Below are positions 38,776 to 50,135 of a DNA stretch of 64,000 nucleotides, one piece after another. The stretch is from NCBI GenBank assembly GCA_965219335.1, contig CBDCNG010000005.1, forward strand, positions 121,992 to 185,991, in the 5' to 3' direction. The position numbers and the translations under genes were made by a program. Source of the DNA: Leeuwenhoekiella sp. Its GTDB lineage: Bacteria; Bacteroidota; Bacteroidia; Flavobacteriales; Flavobacteriaceae. The notes below the pieces were generated by a model. The model did no database searches. It worked only from the letters and a program-made list of their open reading frames with translations, and had not been told where the DNA came from. Each line of letters starts with the position of its first letter. Within the stretch, counting starts at the first letter, position 1.

Positions 38776-39406
38776 GCACACTTAAAGAATACTAAATTAT
38801 AAAGCATAGAGGTCAGGAAACAAATTTTATATTCAATTTAACCAATGCTCGGATTTTACAACACTTACATATATAAATTGAGGACCGAAAATATCCTACA
38901 ACATCCCATTAATTGATCGAATTTTGCCACATTTAGTCGGATTTAGGCGTTTTATGTTTTTAAAGCAAACGCAGTTTCTCAATATTTATCAAGATAAAAT
39001 TACTTAAGCAAAAAAGGCATCTTACTCATAAACATTTGATATTTAAAATATTAGCATTATTTCTCATTATCTAATACAATATACCACTATAGTATATCAT
39101 CCAAATTAGCTCATCATTTTAAATTATTATTTATAATTAAGTTTAATAATTTATAGAAATACTTATTTTAAGCTCATAATGCCAACCCATTTTGTACTTA
39201 TAAAGAATCAGTAGTGGTTGATACAGTAAATTATTTTATAAAGTATTATTAATCAAACAATAATGGTTTTTATATAGTTAAGTTAGAATCTAAATAACAC
39301 ATCAATATGAATTTAAATTCTGAAAATTCCCGTTAAAGTATATTAACATTGAATTATATAAAAGCTAACAATCAGTACCGCAATAACTACTAACAAATAA
39401 AAAAGC

Positions 39407-39436
39407 TTGCACTTTATCGTAATTATAGTATATTTG
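39407..39436 (+). promoter_or_regulatory. Bacteroidota sigma-70-type promoter of the T9SS cargo operon
   Basis: TTG at 39407 and TATATTTG at 39429-39436, 19-nt spacer. Confidence 0.6.
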
Positions 39437-39476
39437 GCCGATATTTAAATAATGATCTTTCACCCAATTTATTATT

Positions 39477-42400
39477 ATGCCGATAATTACTACTCTTTCG
39501 CGTACTAGGAGTTTCGTTCTGCTCGTATTCGCTTTTTTAGGTTTTCAATCTTATTTATATGCTCAATGTGCCGGTGACGACAACGCTGTAGAATTTTGTT
39601 CAAAACAAGATCAGCAGTTCATCGATCTCTTCACACAGTTAAATGGCACCCCTGCTACTGGTGGTACCTGGAGTGACGATGACGATAGCGGCGGTCTTGA
39701 CAATGCTGATGCTACAAATGGTATGTTAAATACCTATGCCATTACGAAAGGTGGTGTTTTTCATTATACCTACACTATTAGCGGTGACGACTCCTGTACC
39801 GATAATTCAGCTACCATTACCCTTACCCTGGGATCTTATGCCGGGGTTGATAACAATGGGGCGGTGGCCTGTGGTGACGATTCTTCGGTAAATTTATTTC
39901 AATTTACGGGAAGCAGCCCAAGCCCAACCGGTGATGGCTCTTGGACAAGTCCCGACTCGCCCAATGGATATGCGGGTGGCTCCCGTTTTGATGCTTCCAA
40001 AGCGGGAAAAGGAGTTTACACTTTTATTTATACCGTACCCGCACAAGGGGATAATTGTCCTTCACAATCCAGCACAGTACAACTTGAAGTTGTGCCTTCA
40101 CCACAATCTGGCACTGCTGAAAAGCAGGTATTTTGTGAAACCCAAGATTTTTCTGGACTCAGGAATTACAATTTGAGAAGTGTCCTTCAAAATGAAGATG
40201 ATGATGGAGCATGGAGCGAGAGCAGCAAAACAAATGAAATATCCAGACCCGGAGATCCTTTTATTAATCTAGAAAACCTTCGTGATTTAGGGCCCGGCCT
40301 ATATGATTTCACTTATACTGTAAATCCTATTAATCCTACGTGTATTGCAGCATCAACGACGGTTACTATAGAGATCGAGGAGGTTATCGACTTTTCTTCA
40401 GCTGTTTTTAGTATTACGGATCCATCTGGCAATATTTGCATCAGTGATCTTCCCTATAATACAATGGGTAAAATAGTGGTAGATGCCAATGCGGTACCAG
40501 ACGATGAATACCAATTGACCTATAGCGTGTCTCCTACCCCCAATGCAGGCTCTGAGACCATACCAGTGAGTTTTAAGGGAGGTGTGGCAACTTTTGCGGT
40601 AAATCCTGACTTTATAACGGATATTGGAGACGTTAACATTGAGGTTACCCAAATAATTGATCCCAATACCCAAAATAATTGCCAGGCTTCTATTAATGGT
40701 CTTGTTGCTAACTTTAAGGTAACCGCTCCACCTGATCTATCCGACACGCAGGTTGTAATCAATGATCCCGTTTGCCTGGGCGAAAGCACCACTGCAACGC
40801 TCTCAGATAAGGGGAACAAGACGGGTATACAGCTCGCAGATGGATTGTATGGTTTAGAATATAGTATAAGTGGCTCAGATGAGACACCCTCTGCAGATGT
40901 AACTATTAATGTGGTAAACGGTACCGCGGTTTTCGGTCTTCAACTGGACGATCAGGGTACAGCCGGAGAGTATACTTTCTATCTGAAATCGGTTCGCAGT
41001 AGTGGTACCTGCATTACGAGCGCAAATATAGAAGACACTTTTACGATTTCCCCAAAAGCAGATGCAACGCTTTTAACAATTGAGGCAACAGATGCATGTG
41101 GACAGGAGAATATCACCGTCTCTCTCGCTGACGGCACAACACCGCTCAGCTTTGAGAATGGCACCTACTCCCTTAAGTATGCCCTAACAGGGAATAATGA
41201 TATTCTGGCATCCCTTGATAATGTTGTTTTTACTGACGGAAAAGCCAGTTTTAGTATTGATGCTACAACTTTAATCCAAGGTAAGACTAATATTACCATT
41301 ACGTCAATTCAAAATCAAGCATCATCATGTGAAGCAATAAATTTAGCGGACCTGACCACAAGTTTCACGCTTTCGCAAAACCCTGATTTAACAGATGCTA
41401 CTTTTAGCGTTGATCCTGTATGCGAAGGGCAGAGCGCTACGGTTGCGCTCACTGCCGCACCAGCTAACGTTCCGGATGCAAATTATACCATCAGTTATTC
41501 AGTGGCTGACGGCACAAATACAGCAGAGTATACCGCTACTGCGGAAGTTACAACCGGTACGGCATCTTTTGAAATTGCACCCGAAGCGATCACAGCTGCC
41601 ACAACCTATGCATTGACCATTAACGGGTTTTCAAACAATACTACCGGATGTGAAGCCTCGGGGCTTCCACTTACAGTAAACTTTCAAGTATTTGCAAATC
41701 CACAACTTGACACAGCTACCCTTACAGCGGCCACCGTATGCTCTGCCGATGATGTTGCGGTAGCCATAACTGGGGCAGCGCTTACCAATGGTGATTATAA
41801 GCTGGTCTATGCCATAACGGGTGCCAACACAATTAAAGACAGCATATCCAATCTAAGTTTTGTAGATGGTAAGGCTTCATTTACAATTCTTTCAAATAAA
41901 CTTGGCAAGACAGGTAAGAATACATTAGCCCTCCTAAATATCAAAACCGTACAAACGGGATGTGAAACTATACTTAGCGGAATTGAAACCAATTTTAATA
42001 TTAACACAACTCCAAATGTAACTACTGCAGAATTAAGTTATGATGCAGATTTGTGCCTTGGGGCCACGGCAATTGTCATCATTAAAGACGACGAAAATAA
42101 CCTAGAGGATGGTAATTATACATTGATCTATTCACTTGACGGCGCTAATATTATAAGTAATCAACCCGCAGTATTGGAGATAGTTTCTGGAGAAGGTTCT
42201 TTCACGATTCCCGCGGATCAACTTGTAAACTCGGGAAGCACTTATTTACGATTAATAATATTGCTCATACGGATACTTCCTGCTCACTAGATTCTCCTGG
42301 GCTTACGGGTACCTTTATCATCAATGCCCAACCAGACCTAAGTGAGGCAAGTATTCTAGTAGATGATTCCTGCGAGGGCACAATGGATAGAACAATTACA

Positions 42401-44119
42401 GTCCAGGCGCCAAATCTAGATGATGGTACCTATAACTTTACCTATACTGTTAGCGGCGCAAATGCCGGCACTGCAACTGCAGATAATATATCGATCCAAA
42501 ATGGTTCTGGTACTATGATTATAGACGGAACTCTGTTAAAAAACACGGGCGATACCGATGTTAATCTAAATGCGGTAAGCAGCGCGGCAACTTCATGTAT
42601 TTCCGACGAACTGAATGTTGCCACTACTTTTACGATTAATCCAAAGCCACAATTGGATAATGATAATCTTTCGGTCAGTTCGGTGTGTTTTGGCGAAAGC
42701 CATATAGTATCCATCAATGAGCCTGCATTGGGTAACGCGACCTATATGCTTACCTACACACTTAGCGATGCGAATGTAAAAGAAGAACAGACGATTAATA
42801 TCAGCACCGTAAATGGTAAAGCTTCCTTCAACCTTGATGCGGCAGATCTTACGGCAAGTGGAAATACGACCTTAACGATAGAGCGTATCACCAATAGTAG
42901 CACCTTGTGCACGAGTACCGGCACAAATACAGCAAGTTTTGAGGTTTATCCCATCCCTTCACTCGCAGATTCAACGGTAGCAGCGGTAGATGTATGCCTT
43001 AACGAAGATGGAATGGTAACCGTAACTGGAGGATCTGGCCTTACCGATATGGAATATAGCGTGACGTATTCCCTGAGTGGTGCGACCACCGCCATCGCTC
43101 AAGAGGCCCAACTCCTTATCACAGACGGCAAGGGCAGCTTCAATATCCCAACAGCATTGTTGAGCGCCGCAGGTATGGTAACAGTCAATATAGAAAATAT
43201 TACCAGTGCAGTAGGCTGTACTTCGGGTGCCATTTTAGTAAGTAGCTCTTTCGAAATTCTACCTCTACCGGATGCGGCTGGTATTTCGGTCGCTATAAGC
43301 GATTACTGCATCAATAATGATGTGCCCGTAAATATATCAGGGGCGGTTAATCTCGCCGATGGAGATTATAGAATTGATTATAGCCTTAATGGTGCTAATA
43401 TTGGAAATAATACCATAAATGTCGCTTTTACTGGCGGTAATGCATCCTTTACACTCCCGGCAGCAGAGCTTTCCGAACGAGGAAATACTACCCTGTCTAT
43501 TACAAACGTCAAAAACTTTATTGATCTGTGCGGTGCTGAGAACATCAATGGCGCATCTGCGACTTTTGAGGTTCAGGATCCCGATCCGCCCACGCTGGCG
43601 GCAAGTGGCAATGTGTTTTGCATTAACGATGAGCCCAAGATCAGCGATTTGTTAGCACGTATTACGCCAACTAGCGGTCTTCATATATATGAATCAGAAA
43701 CTGACAATATAGCTTTAAATGAAAACAATACCCTCATTAATGGAAAAAGTTATTTCATTTCGATAACTAGTTCAGAATCTGGCTGTGAGAGCAGCGTTAG
43801 ACTTGAGGTAACGGTAGATCTTACCGGGTGTGGTAACATATTTATCCCAGAAGGCTTCTCCCCTAATGGCGATGGCGTCAACGACACATTTACAATACAG
43901 AATATAGGTTTTGTATATCCTAGCTATACCCTTGAGATCTTTAATAGGTTGGGCAATGTGGTTTACAAGGGAGGCGCAAATATGCCTGCATGGGACGGTC
44001 ACTCAAACCAGCATACAATTAGCGATAAGGTGCTGCCCAATGGTGTCTATTTCTACATCATAAATTATAACGACGGGCAGACAAGCCCGAAACAAGGAAA
44101 ACTTTACCTAAACCGCTAA
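39477..44119 (+). pseudogene. Large T9SS type-B (gliding motility-associated CTD) surface protein, ~1547 aa, split by a 1-nt deletion near 42245 (true lesion or sequencing error)
   Basis: Signal peptide, Cys-containing Ig-like repeats (DGxYxLxYSLSGAN) in both ORFs, CTD IFIPEGFSPNGDGVNDTF...GVYFYII...GKLYLNR. Adding one T (TAT TTT ACG ATT AAT) joins the two ORFs through an open linker. Confidence 0.85.
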
Positions 44120-44132
44120 AAGGACAATCACG

Positions 44133-45083
44133 ATGAAATCAATAGCTATAAAACTTACATTTTTTGCAGTAGTTGTCCTTTTTAGTATTAAGGCGCTAGG
44201 ACAACAGGATCCACAATTTACACAGTATATGTATAACATGAGTATCATTAACCCTGCATACTCAACAGATGAGCCGGGCGTAATGAACCTGGGGGCCCTT
44301 TACCGCGCCCAATGGGTCGGCCTTGACGGCGGGCCGCGCACCCTCACGTTTTTTGCTCATTCACCAGTAAAAGAAAACGTAGAACTGGGCCTAAACATTG
44401 TTCATGATGAGATAGGCGACATTGTTAAGGAAACCAATGTTAATGCAGATTTTGCTTATAAACTAAAACTATCCGAAACAAGTAACTTTTCATTTGGCAT
44501 CAAAGCAGGTGCATCTTTTTTTAATACTGATTTTACCAGTTTGCAATTAGGTAGTGGCGGCTCCTCAACAGATATCGCCTTTGATGAAAATATTAAACAG
44601 ACCTATGCCACTCTGGGTGCGGGTGCATTTTACTTTACAGATCATTATTACCTGGGTATTTCAGCTCCTAATATGTTAAATAATACACACCTCGAGGAAA
44701 AAAATGGTGTAAAGGGCTTCGGTAAAGAAAATGTACATTATTTTTTTACCGGTGGTTATGTCTTTGACATTCATCCAGATTTTAAACTTAAGCCTTCCTT
44801 TATGGCAAGGGCCGTAGGTGGTGCTCCGGTCAACGTAGATATTAATGCCAATGTATTGCTTTATGACAAACTGGAGGCCGGTCTGGGCTATCGCATAGGT
44901 GATGCTTTGACGGGACTGGTCAACTTCAAGATAAGCCAAAATTTAAGAGTGGGATATGCTTATGATTATACCACCTCAAACCTTGGGAAATATAACAATG
45001 GAACCCACGAGATCATGCTTCTTTTTAATCTAGGTTTCCTTGACAATTCATCGCGGTTTTTTGAATCACCCCGATTCTTTTAA
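44133..45083 (+). CDS. T9SS PorP/SprF family outer-membrane beta-barrel
   Basis: QQDPQFTQYMYN, INPAY, YRAQWVG, GYAYDY, GTHEIML; directly follows the type-B cargo gene. Confidence 0.95.
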   Translation: MKSIAIKLTFFAVVVLFSIKALGQQDPQFTQYMYNMSIINPAYSTDEPGVMNLGALYRAQWVGLDGGPRTLTFFAHSPVKENVELGLNIVHDEIGDIVKETNVNADFAYKLKLSETSNFSFGIKAGASFFNTDFTSLQLGSGGSSTDIAFDENIKQTYATLGAGAFYFTDHYYLGISAPNMLNNTHLEEKNGVKGFGKENVHYFFTGGYVFDIHPDFKLKPSFMARAVGGAPVNVDINANVLLYDKLEAGLGYRIGDALTGLVNFKISQNLRVGYAYDYTTSNLGKYNNGTHEIMLLFNLGFLDNSSRFFESPRFF

Positions 45084-45122
45084 TACTCTAAATTCATTAA
45101 TATTCACTTAATTACCCCAAAT

Positions 45123-47006
45123 ATGAAAGCAGCACAATTACTTCTGGTAGCACTCCTTTTTACAGGACAGCTGACTCAAGCTCAAAAGCCTTCAACAATT
45201 GCAGACAAGCAACAACAGTCTTTTCAGCAGGGTTCTGATATATATGCCAAATCTGATTATGATCAAAAAACTGAAAATCATAATCAGGCAAATACTTATC
45301 ATAATACAGATATGGCTTTCGCCGAAAGGCATAACGACAGAAATACTGTTGAAAAGGTAAGCACATTGAGCACGCTCAAATCAGTCTCTACTCCTGTAGC
45401 GGGAGAACCAAAAGATGAACTGCTGGCCAAAACCTTTATAAAAAATACAAATCCGTTAGAAGCGTATAGTACGTATATGGCTGATCCGCATTCAGAATTT
45501 TCAGGATTTGGGCCCGCTTATTATAAGGATGAATTGGTTTTTGCGTCAGATCGCAATACAGAACGGCCTATTTATAAGGAAACAAATCGGCCTTTTCTTG
45601 ATCTTTATATGGCAAATATTGAGGATGGTAACCTGACCGGTGAAACGCTCTTTCCCGGGGATATCAATACTGATGTTCATGAAAGCAACGCCGTGTTTAC
45701 CAAAGATGGCAATACAATGTATTTTACACGCAACAGTGATAAATATAAACGTATCAATGGCAGAAAAACCGCCGTGCTTCAAATATTTAGGGCAGAACTT
45801 ATTAACGGAAAATGGCAGAATATTAAACCACTCAGCATAAGCAGCAATGGCTATAGCGTGGCGCACCCAAGCTTGAGTCCAGATGAAAAGACCCTTTATT
45901 TTTCAAGCGATATGCCCGGTGGCCAGGGAGCAAGTGATATTTATAAAGTGAGTCTCATCAAAAAAGAAAAATGTGGATTACCGATTAACCTGGGCCCTTC
46001 AGTAAATTCAGAGAACCAGGAGCAGTTTCCATTCATTTCAGAAGAAGGAAATCTCTTTTTTGCATCAGACCGAAGCTCTGGTTACGGTGGTCTCGATCTA
46101 TACCGCAGCCAAAGTGAAAACAGCGGCTTCTCCCCTGCCCATAATTTGGGAAGCTCAATCAACGGCGAATCCGATGATTTCTCATTGATCACCAAAGAAA
46201 GAAAAGGTACCGGTTACTTTTCTTCAAACAGAACTGGCCAGGATAAAATCTACAGGTTTGATAAGGAGGTAGAATCTGACGCGATCTCAGCTTTTACAAG
46301 GATGAACGGTAAATCAATACACGGTACCGTGAGCAACACCCATACCGGTAAACCTATAATAGGCGTCAGGGTAAATCTTTTAAAGCCCAATGGGGCTGTA
46401 CTCAGACAAACCTACGTTAATCCTGACGGCAGCTTTGATATTGCTTACGATCAGGACGGTGAGTATATCCTCGAGTACAGTGAAAGGATGTACAAGAAAT
46501 CAACCATGAAAATAAATTGGACCCGCACCAATGTTGAGGCTCCCAAACTTGCCCTTACTCTAGAACCAAAAAATCCCAATATTCCTCAATACAATGCACA
46601 AACTGCATGGACGCCCGAGCTTGAAAAAAAAGAGACTCCATCAGCTGAAACCGTAACGCCAAGGTTAGATCTAAAAAAACTTAATCTGAATAATATTTAT
46701 TTTGATTTTGATCAGAGCAATATCAACGCAAAAGCAGCAAAATCTCTCGATGAACTGGTAATACTGCTCAAGGCGCATAAAAAATCATATTTAAACGTAA
46801 GTGCCTACGCAGATAAAATAGGTTCAGATAATTACAATCAGCAATTATCAGAGCGCCGCGCCAATGCTGCCATAAATTACCTTACAGAAAAAGGGATTTC
46901 CAAAAAACGAATTTTCTCTCATGCATATGGTGAATCCAAGGCCATCAGCGAGGGCATGAACCTGGAAAACCGCAAATGTGAATTTAAATTAGTGGACAGG
47001 AATTAA
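45123..47006 (+). CDS. OmpA-family protein with PD40 propeller and carboxypeptidase-regulatory-like domain (PorE-like, no TPR)
   Basis: PD40 motifs (HPSLSPDEKTLYFSSDMPGG, FPFISEEGNLFFASDR), OmpA_C (IYFDFDQS, NQQLSERRA, NRKCEF). Confidence 0.88.
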   Translation: MKAAQLLLVALLFTGQLTQAQKPSTIADKQQQSFQQGSDIYAKSDYDQKTENHNQANTYHNTDMAFAERHNDRNTVEKVSTLSTLKSVSTPVAGEPKDELLAKTFIKNTNPLEAYSTYMADPHSEFSGFGPAYYKDELVFASDRNTERPIYKETNRPFLDLYMANIEDGNLTGETLFPGDINTDVHESNAVFTKDGNTMYFTRNSDKYKRINGRKTAVLQIFRAELINGKWQNIKPLSISSNGYSVAHPSLSPDEKTLYFSSDMPGGQGASDIYKVSLIKKEKCGLPINLGPSVNSENQEQFPFISEEGNLFFASDRSSGYGGLDLYRSQSENSGFSPAHNLGSSINGESDDFSLITKERKGTGYFSSNRTGQDKIYRFDKEVESDAISAFTRMNGKSIHGTVSNTHTGKPIIGVRVNLLKPNGAVLRQTYVNPDGSFDIAYDQDGEYILEYSERMYKKSTMKINWTRTNVEAPKLALTLEPKNPNIPQYNAQTAWTPELEKKETPSAETVTPRLDLKKLNLNNIYFDFDQSNINAKAAKSLDELVILLKAHKKSYLNVSAYADKIGSDNYNQQLSERRANAAINYLTEKGISKKRIFSHAYGESKAISEGMNLENRKCEFKLVDRN

Positions 47007-47030
47007 ATTTTAAGGCTTTCACCCCAAAAC

Positions 47031-47067
47031 AAAAACCTTACAGATCTGACGAATCTGTAAGGTTTTT
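47031..47067. terminator. Bidirectional terminator / REP-like inverted repeat
   Basis: Perfect 15-bp stem AAAAACCTTACAGAT-ctgacga-ATCTGTAAGGTTTTT between convergent genes. Confidence 0.85.
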
Positions 47068-47099
47068 TTACTTTTCAAATTTTCAGAATAAAATACATC

Positions 47100-47576
47100 C
47101 TACCCTGCATCCACAAATTTTGAGAACCAATTGTACAGTTCACCTTTTGTGATCGCAGCGCCCTTTTGTATAAGAGCAAAAATATCTAAATTACGATCTT
47201 CTTTAAGTATTTTGCTTGACGTATATAGATTTACACTCTCATCCATCAGGTTATCCTGTAGCCATTGATAACCAGATTTTGTGGTGATATTAATTAATTC
47301 ATCATCTACTTTTACAGAAATGAGATTGATCGTCGTACCATCAATTTGAAAAAGAAACATATGCTGGGGTGAAAAATGCTCAAGATATTCCACTTTTTCA
47401 AGTACCCCTTCCCAGATCAAATCACTAAACACATCTATTTCGTTTTCAGCAGTTTCCGGGTTATCTCGCTTGATTTCAGACCATCCTTCTGCAGTAATGG
47501 ATTGGGCGGCCAAAAAATTAATGAACTCAGGATGCAGTTCTTCCAATTGTTCTTTGGAAAGGCGTTGATATTTCAT
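47100..47576 (-). CDS. Conserved Bacteroidota hypothetical protein (DUF6495-like)
   Basis: MKYQRLSKEQLEELHPEFINFLA...FSDLIWEGVL. Confidence 0.75.
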   Translation of the reverse strand: MKYQRLSKEQLEELHPEFINFLAAQSITAEGWSEIKRDNPETAENEIDVFSDLIWEGVLEKVEYLEHFSPQHMFLFQIDGTTINLISVKVDDELINITTKSGYQWLQDNLMDESVNLYTSSKILKEDRNLDIFALIQKGAAITKGELYNWFSKFVDAG

Positions 47577-47753
47577 AAAATAAATTTGAGGTTTGTCCAG
47601 TCGTTTAATAAAAAAGAATTTCTCTCTATAAATTCTATTTTTTAATTCTGAAATACATTAGGATGTGATTATCATTAAATTAATATAAATCACATGGATT
47701 TGAGAGCCAAAGAATCAAGTATATATCAACATGATTTTTTGAAAAAATTCGCT

Positions 47754-47783
47754 ATAAAAAAAGCTCCCGAATCCGGGAGCTTT
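47754..47783 (-). terminator. Terminator of the rpsF-rpsR-rplI operon
   Basis: AAAGCTCCCG-aatc-CGGGAGCTTT with an A7 run on the + strand (T-tract on -). Confidence 0.85.
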
Positions 47784-47804
47784 ATATTTAAGTAACCCAT
47801 TATT

Positions 47805-48254
47805 TTATGCTTCTGCAATAACATCAAAGTTGAAATTTGCGACTACATCACGATGAAAACGCAATGTGGCCTCATATTGACCCAATCGCTTGATGTTACC
47901 ACCCGCAATATTGACATATTTTTTGTCGATCTCCACTCCTTCTTTTGCAAGGGCATCAGTAAGATCGACATTGGTGATAGAACCAAAAAGCCTATCTGCC
48001 TCTCCGGCTTTTGCAGTGATTTTTAATTCTATATTTTTCAGTTTATCCGCTTGGGCCTGTGCCTGCTCGACCACTTTTTTATCCTTAAAAGCGCGTTGCT
48101 TTAAGTTTTCTTCAAGTACCTTTTTTGCTGATGGTGTTGCTAATTTGGCAAATCCTTGAGGGATTAGAAAATTTCGTCCATACCCGTTTTTAACGGTAAC
48201 AAGGTCATCCACAAAACCTAGTTTGTCAACGTCTTTTTTTAATATAACTTCCAT
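47805..48254 (-). CDS. rplI: 50S ribosomal protein L9
   Basis: VKNGYGRNFLIPQG, LFGSIT. Confidence 0.98.
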   Translation of the reverse strand: MEVILKKDVDKLGFVDDLVTVKNGYGRNFLIPQGFAKLATPSAKKVLEENLKQRAFKDKKVVEQAQAQADKLKNIELKITAKAGEADRLFGSITNVDLTDALAKEGVEIDKKYVNIAGGNIKRLGQYEATLRFHRDVVANFNFDVIAEA

Positions 48255-48266
48255 ACCTTGTTTTTT

Positions 48267-48566
48267 TTATTTTAGTAAATCTGCTACGTACGGCATCAAT
48301 GCCAGATGGCGTGCCCGTTTTACGGCAACGCTCACTTTGCGCTGATACTTCAGGGAAGTACCTGTAAGGCGGCGCGGGAGCAGTTTGCCCTGCTCATTTA
48401 CAAAACTCAATAACCAGTCTGGATCTTTATAATCCACATACTTAATACCTGAGCGTTTAAAGCGGCAGTATTTCTGAGGTTTTGAGGTCTCTATTTTTAA
48501 TGGCGTCAGATAACGGATTTCCCCGTCTTTCTTTGCTTTGGCCTGTTGTTCAATACTAGTTGCCAT
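48267..48566 (-). CDS. rpsR: 30S ribosomal protein S18
   Basis: KYCRFK...DYKD...[12 protein letters not shown]...[11 protein letters not shown]. Confidence 0.98.
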   Translation of the reverse strand: MATSIEQQAKAKKDGEIRYLTPLKIETSKPQKYCRFKRSGIKYVDYKDPDWLLSFVNEQGKLLPRRLTGTSLKYQRKVSVAVKRARHLALMPYVADLLK

Positions 48567-48569
48567 AAA

Positions 48570-48908
48570 TTATGCTTTTTGTTTGATTTTTTTTCTTCTT
48601 TTTTCTGCCCATGCAATTGCATGTTTATCGAGTTTAACGGTAAGGAAGCGCATAATACGCTCGTCGCGCCTGAGCTCTAACTCATAGCTGGCAATTACCT
48701 CACCGGGCGCCTGAAATTCAAAAAGGTGGTAAAAGCCACTTTTTTTGTTTTGGATCGCGTAGGCTAATTTTTTTAGCCCCCAATCCTCTTTTGATACCAT
48801 CTTGGCCTCGCTGGAAAGAAGAATGTTCTCAAACTTCTTAACTGTTTCCTTTACCTGCTCATCAGATAAAACGGGATTCAAGATGAAAACAGTTTCGTAA
48901 TGATTCAT
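48570..48908 (-). CDS. rpsF: 30S ribosomal protein S6
   Basis: MNHYETVFILNP, WGLKKLAYAI, RDERIMRFL. Confidence 0.98.
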   Translation of the reverse strand: MNHYETVFILNPVLSDEQVKETVKKFENILLSSEAKMVSKEDWGLKKLAYAIQNKKSGFYHLFEFQAPGEVIASYELELRRDERIMRFLTVKLDKHAIAWAEKRRKKIKQKA

Positions 48909-48939
48909 AAAATTTATGTGTTTGTTTAAAAAATGAGTG

Positions 48940-48970
48940 CAAAATTAACCTAAACTGACCAAAATAGCAA
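48940..48970 (-). promoter_or_regulatory. Promoter of the rpsF operon
   Basis: TAATTTTG (-7) at 48940-48947 on the minus strand and TTG about 20 nt upstream. Confidence 0.6.
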
Positions 48971-49130
48971 GTGTTTAAAGGCATTAAATCGTTTAAAGTC
49001 ACCAAAAAGCTCTAACGTAATCTTAATACCAAAAATAGATAATAAAAAAGTCGACGAAATACATCTTTTTGTTGCTTAATAACTAAATTCTAACTAAATT
49101 TACATTCATTTAACCTAATTTGTTACTGTT

Positions 49131-49832
49131 TTGGAAGAACTTATTTTAGACTGCGCAGTCGTTGACGATTCTGCCCTACAACGCCTTGCGATTGTTAAGC
49201 TTATAAAAGATCATCCTAGTTTGAGACTGGTCGCTCAATATAACAATGCTATCGAAACCAAAAATGGACTTTTAGAGACCAAAGTGGATCTCATCTTTTT
49301 AGATATAGAAATGCCCATTTTGACCGGTTTTGATTTGCTTGATGACCTGGTGCATAAGCCACAAATTGTCTTTGTGACAGGGAAAACAAAATATGCATAT
49401 AAAGCATTCAACTACAACGCTATAGACTATTTGCGTAAACCACTTACTAAAGATAGGTTTAACAATGCAGTACATAAAGCGCTTAGTATGCACCGTCTCA
49501 AGATGGAGGGCAATGTGCAAGAAGACGATTTTATTTTTGTGAAGAGCAATCTTAAAAAGAAAAAAGTCTTTCTTAACGAGCTCAAATTTATCGAGGCACT
49601 GGGCGACTACGTAAAATTGATCACCTACAATGAGCCCATTATCGTACTTTCAACTATGAAAGCATTTGACGAGCAATTACCTTCAGAAAGGTTTATGCGC
49701 ATCCATAAATCCTACATTATCAATATTGATAAGGTTGAAAAATATAACAGCCGTAATATTGAGATTGAAGGTGATAAAATACCGCTTAGCCGGCATAAAA
49801 AGGCAAAATTAATGGAAGCTCTTTCCGTCTAG
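49131..49832 (+). CDS. LytTR family response regulator
   Basis: Receiver VVDD, FLDIEMP; LytTR domain FMRIHKSYIIN; no adjacent kinase. Confidence 0.92.
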   Translation: MEELILDCAVVDDSALQRLAIVKLIKDHPSLRLVAQYNNAIETKNGLLETKVDLIFLDIEMPILTGFDLLDDLVHKPQIVFVTGKTKYAYKAFNYNAIDYLRKPLTKDRFNNAVHKALSMHRLKMEGNVQEDDFIFVKSNLKKKKVFLNELKFIEALGDYVKLITYNEPIIVLSTMKAFDEQLPSERFMRIHKSYIINIDKVEKYNSRNIEIEGDKIPLSRHKKAKLMEALSV

Positions 49833-49875
49833 GGAAGAAGGTCTAATCAAAGAAACCATTTCGGCATAAGAATCC

Positions 49876-49901
49876 AAATCCCATCTTAATATGGGATTTT
49901 T
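49876..49901 (+). terminator. Terminator after the LytTR gene
   Basis: AAATCCCAT-cttaat-ATGGGATTTTT. Confidence 0.65.
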
Positions 49902-50135
49902 GCTGTTGAAAATCGTTGAAAAACATAACAAATTTTACTCCTTTAAAGGAAAATTGATTTTGGCTATATTTCGTAAGTAATAATTGATCAATACATTAAT
50001 CTTTTATAGCTCTACATTTTTTAATTGCATAAGAGACAAACGGGGAATCCTAATTGGAACACTCATCAAACCGAGCTTCTATTATGCTAAGGCAATGCTA
50101 TATACTTTAAAACTGGAATAAGAAAATTAAGTATC

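Noticed and set aside
38848-38945. LytTR-type direct-repeat boxes (TCGGA/TCGAA cores)
   Set aside because: Spacings are irregular (about 36, 32, 20 bp); not supportable as a defined site, so mentioned only as context
42235-42255. Phase-variable homopolymer tract
   Set aside because: The run is only 3-4 T, far shorter than typical contingency-locus tracts
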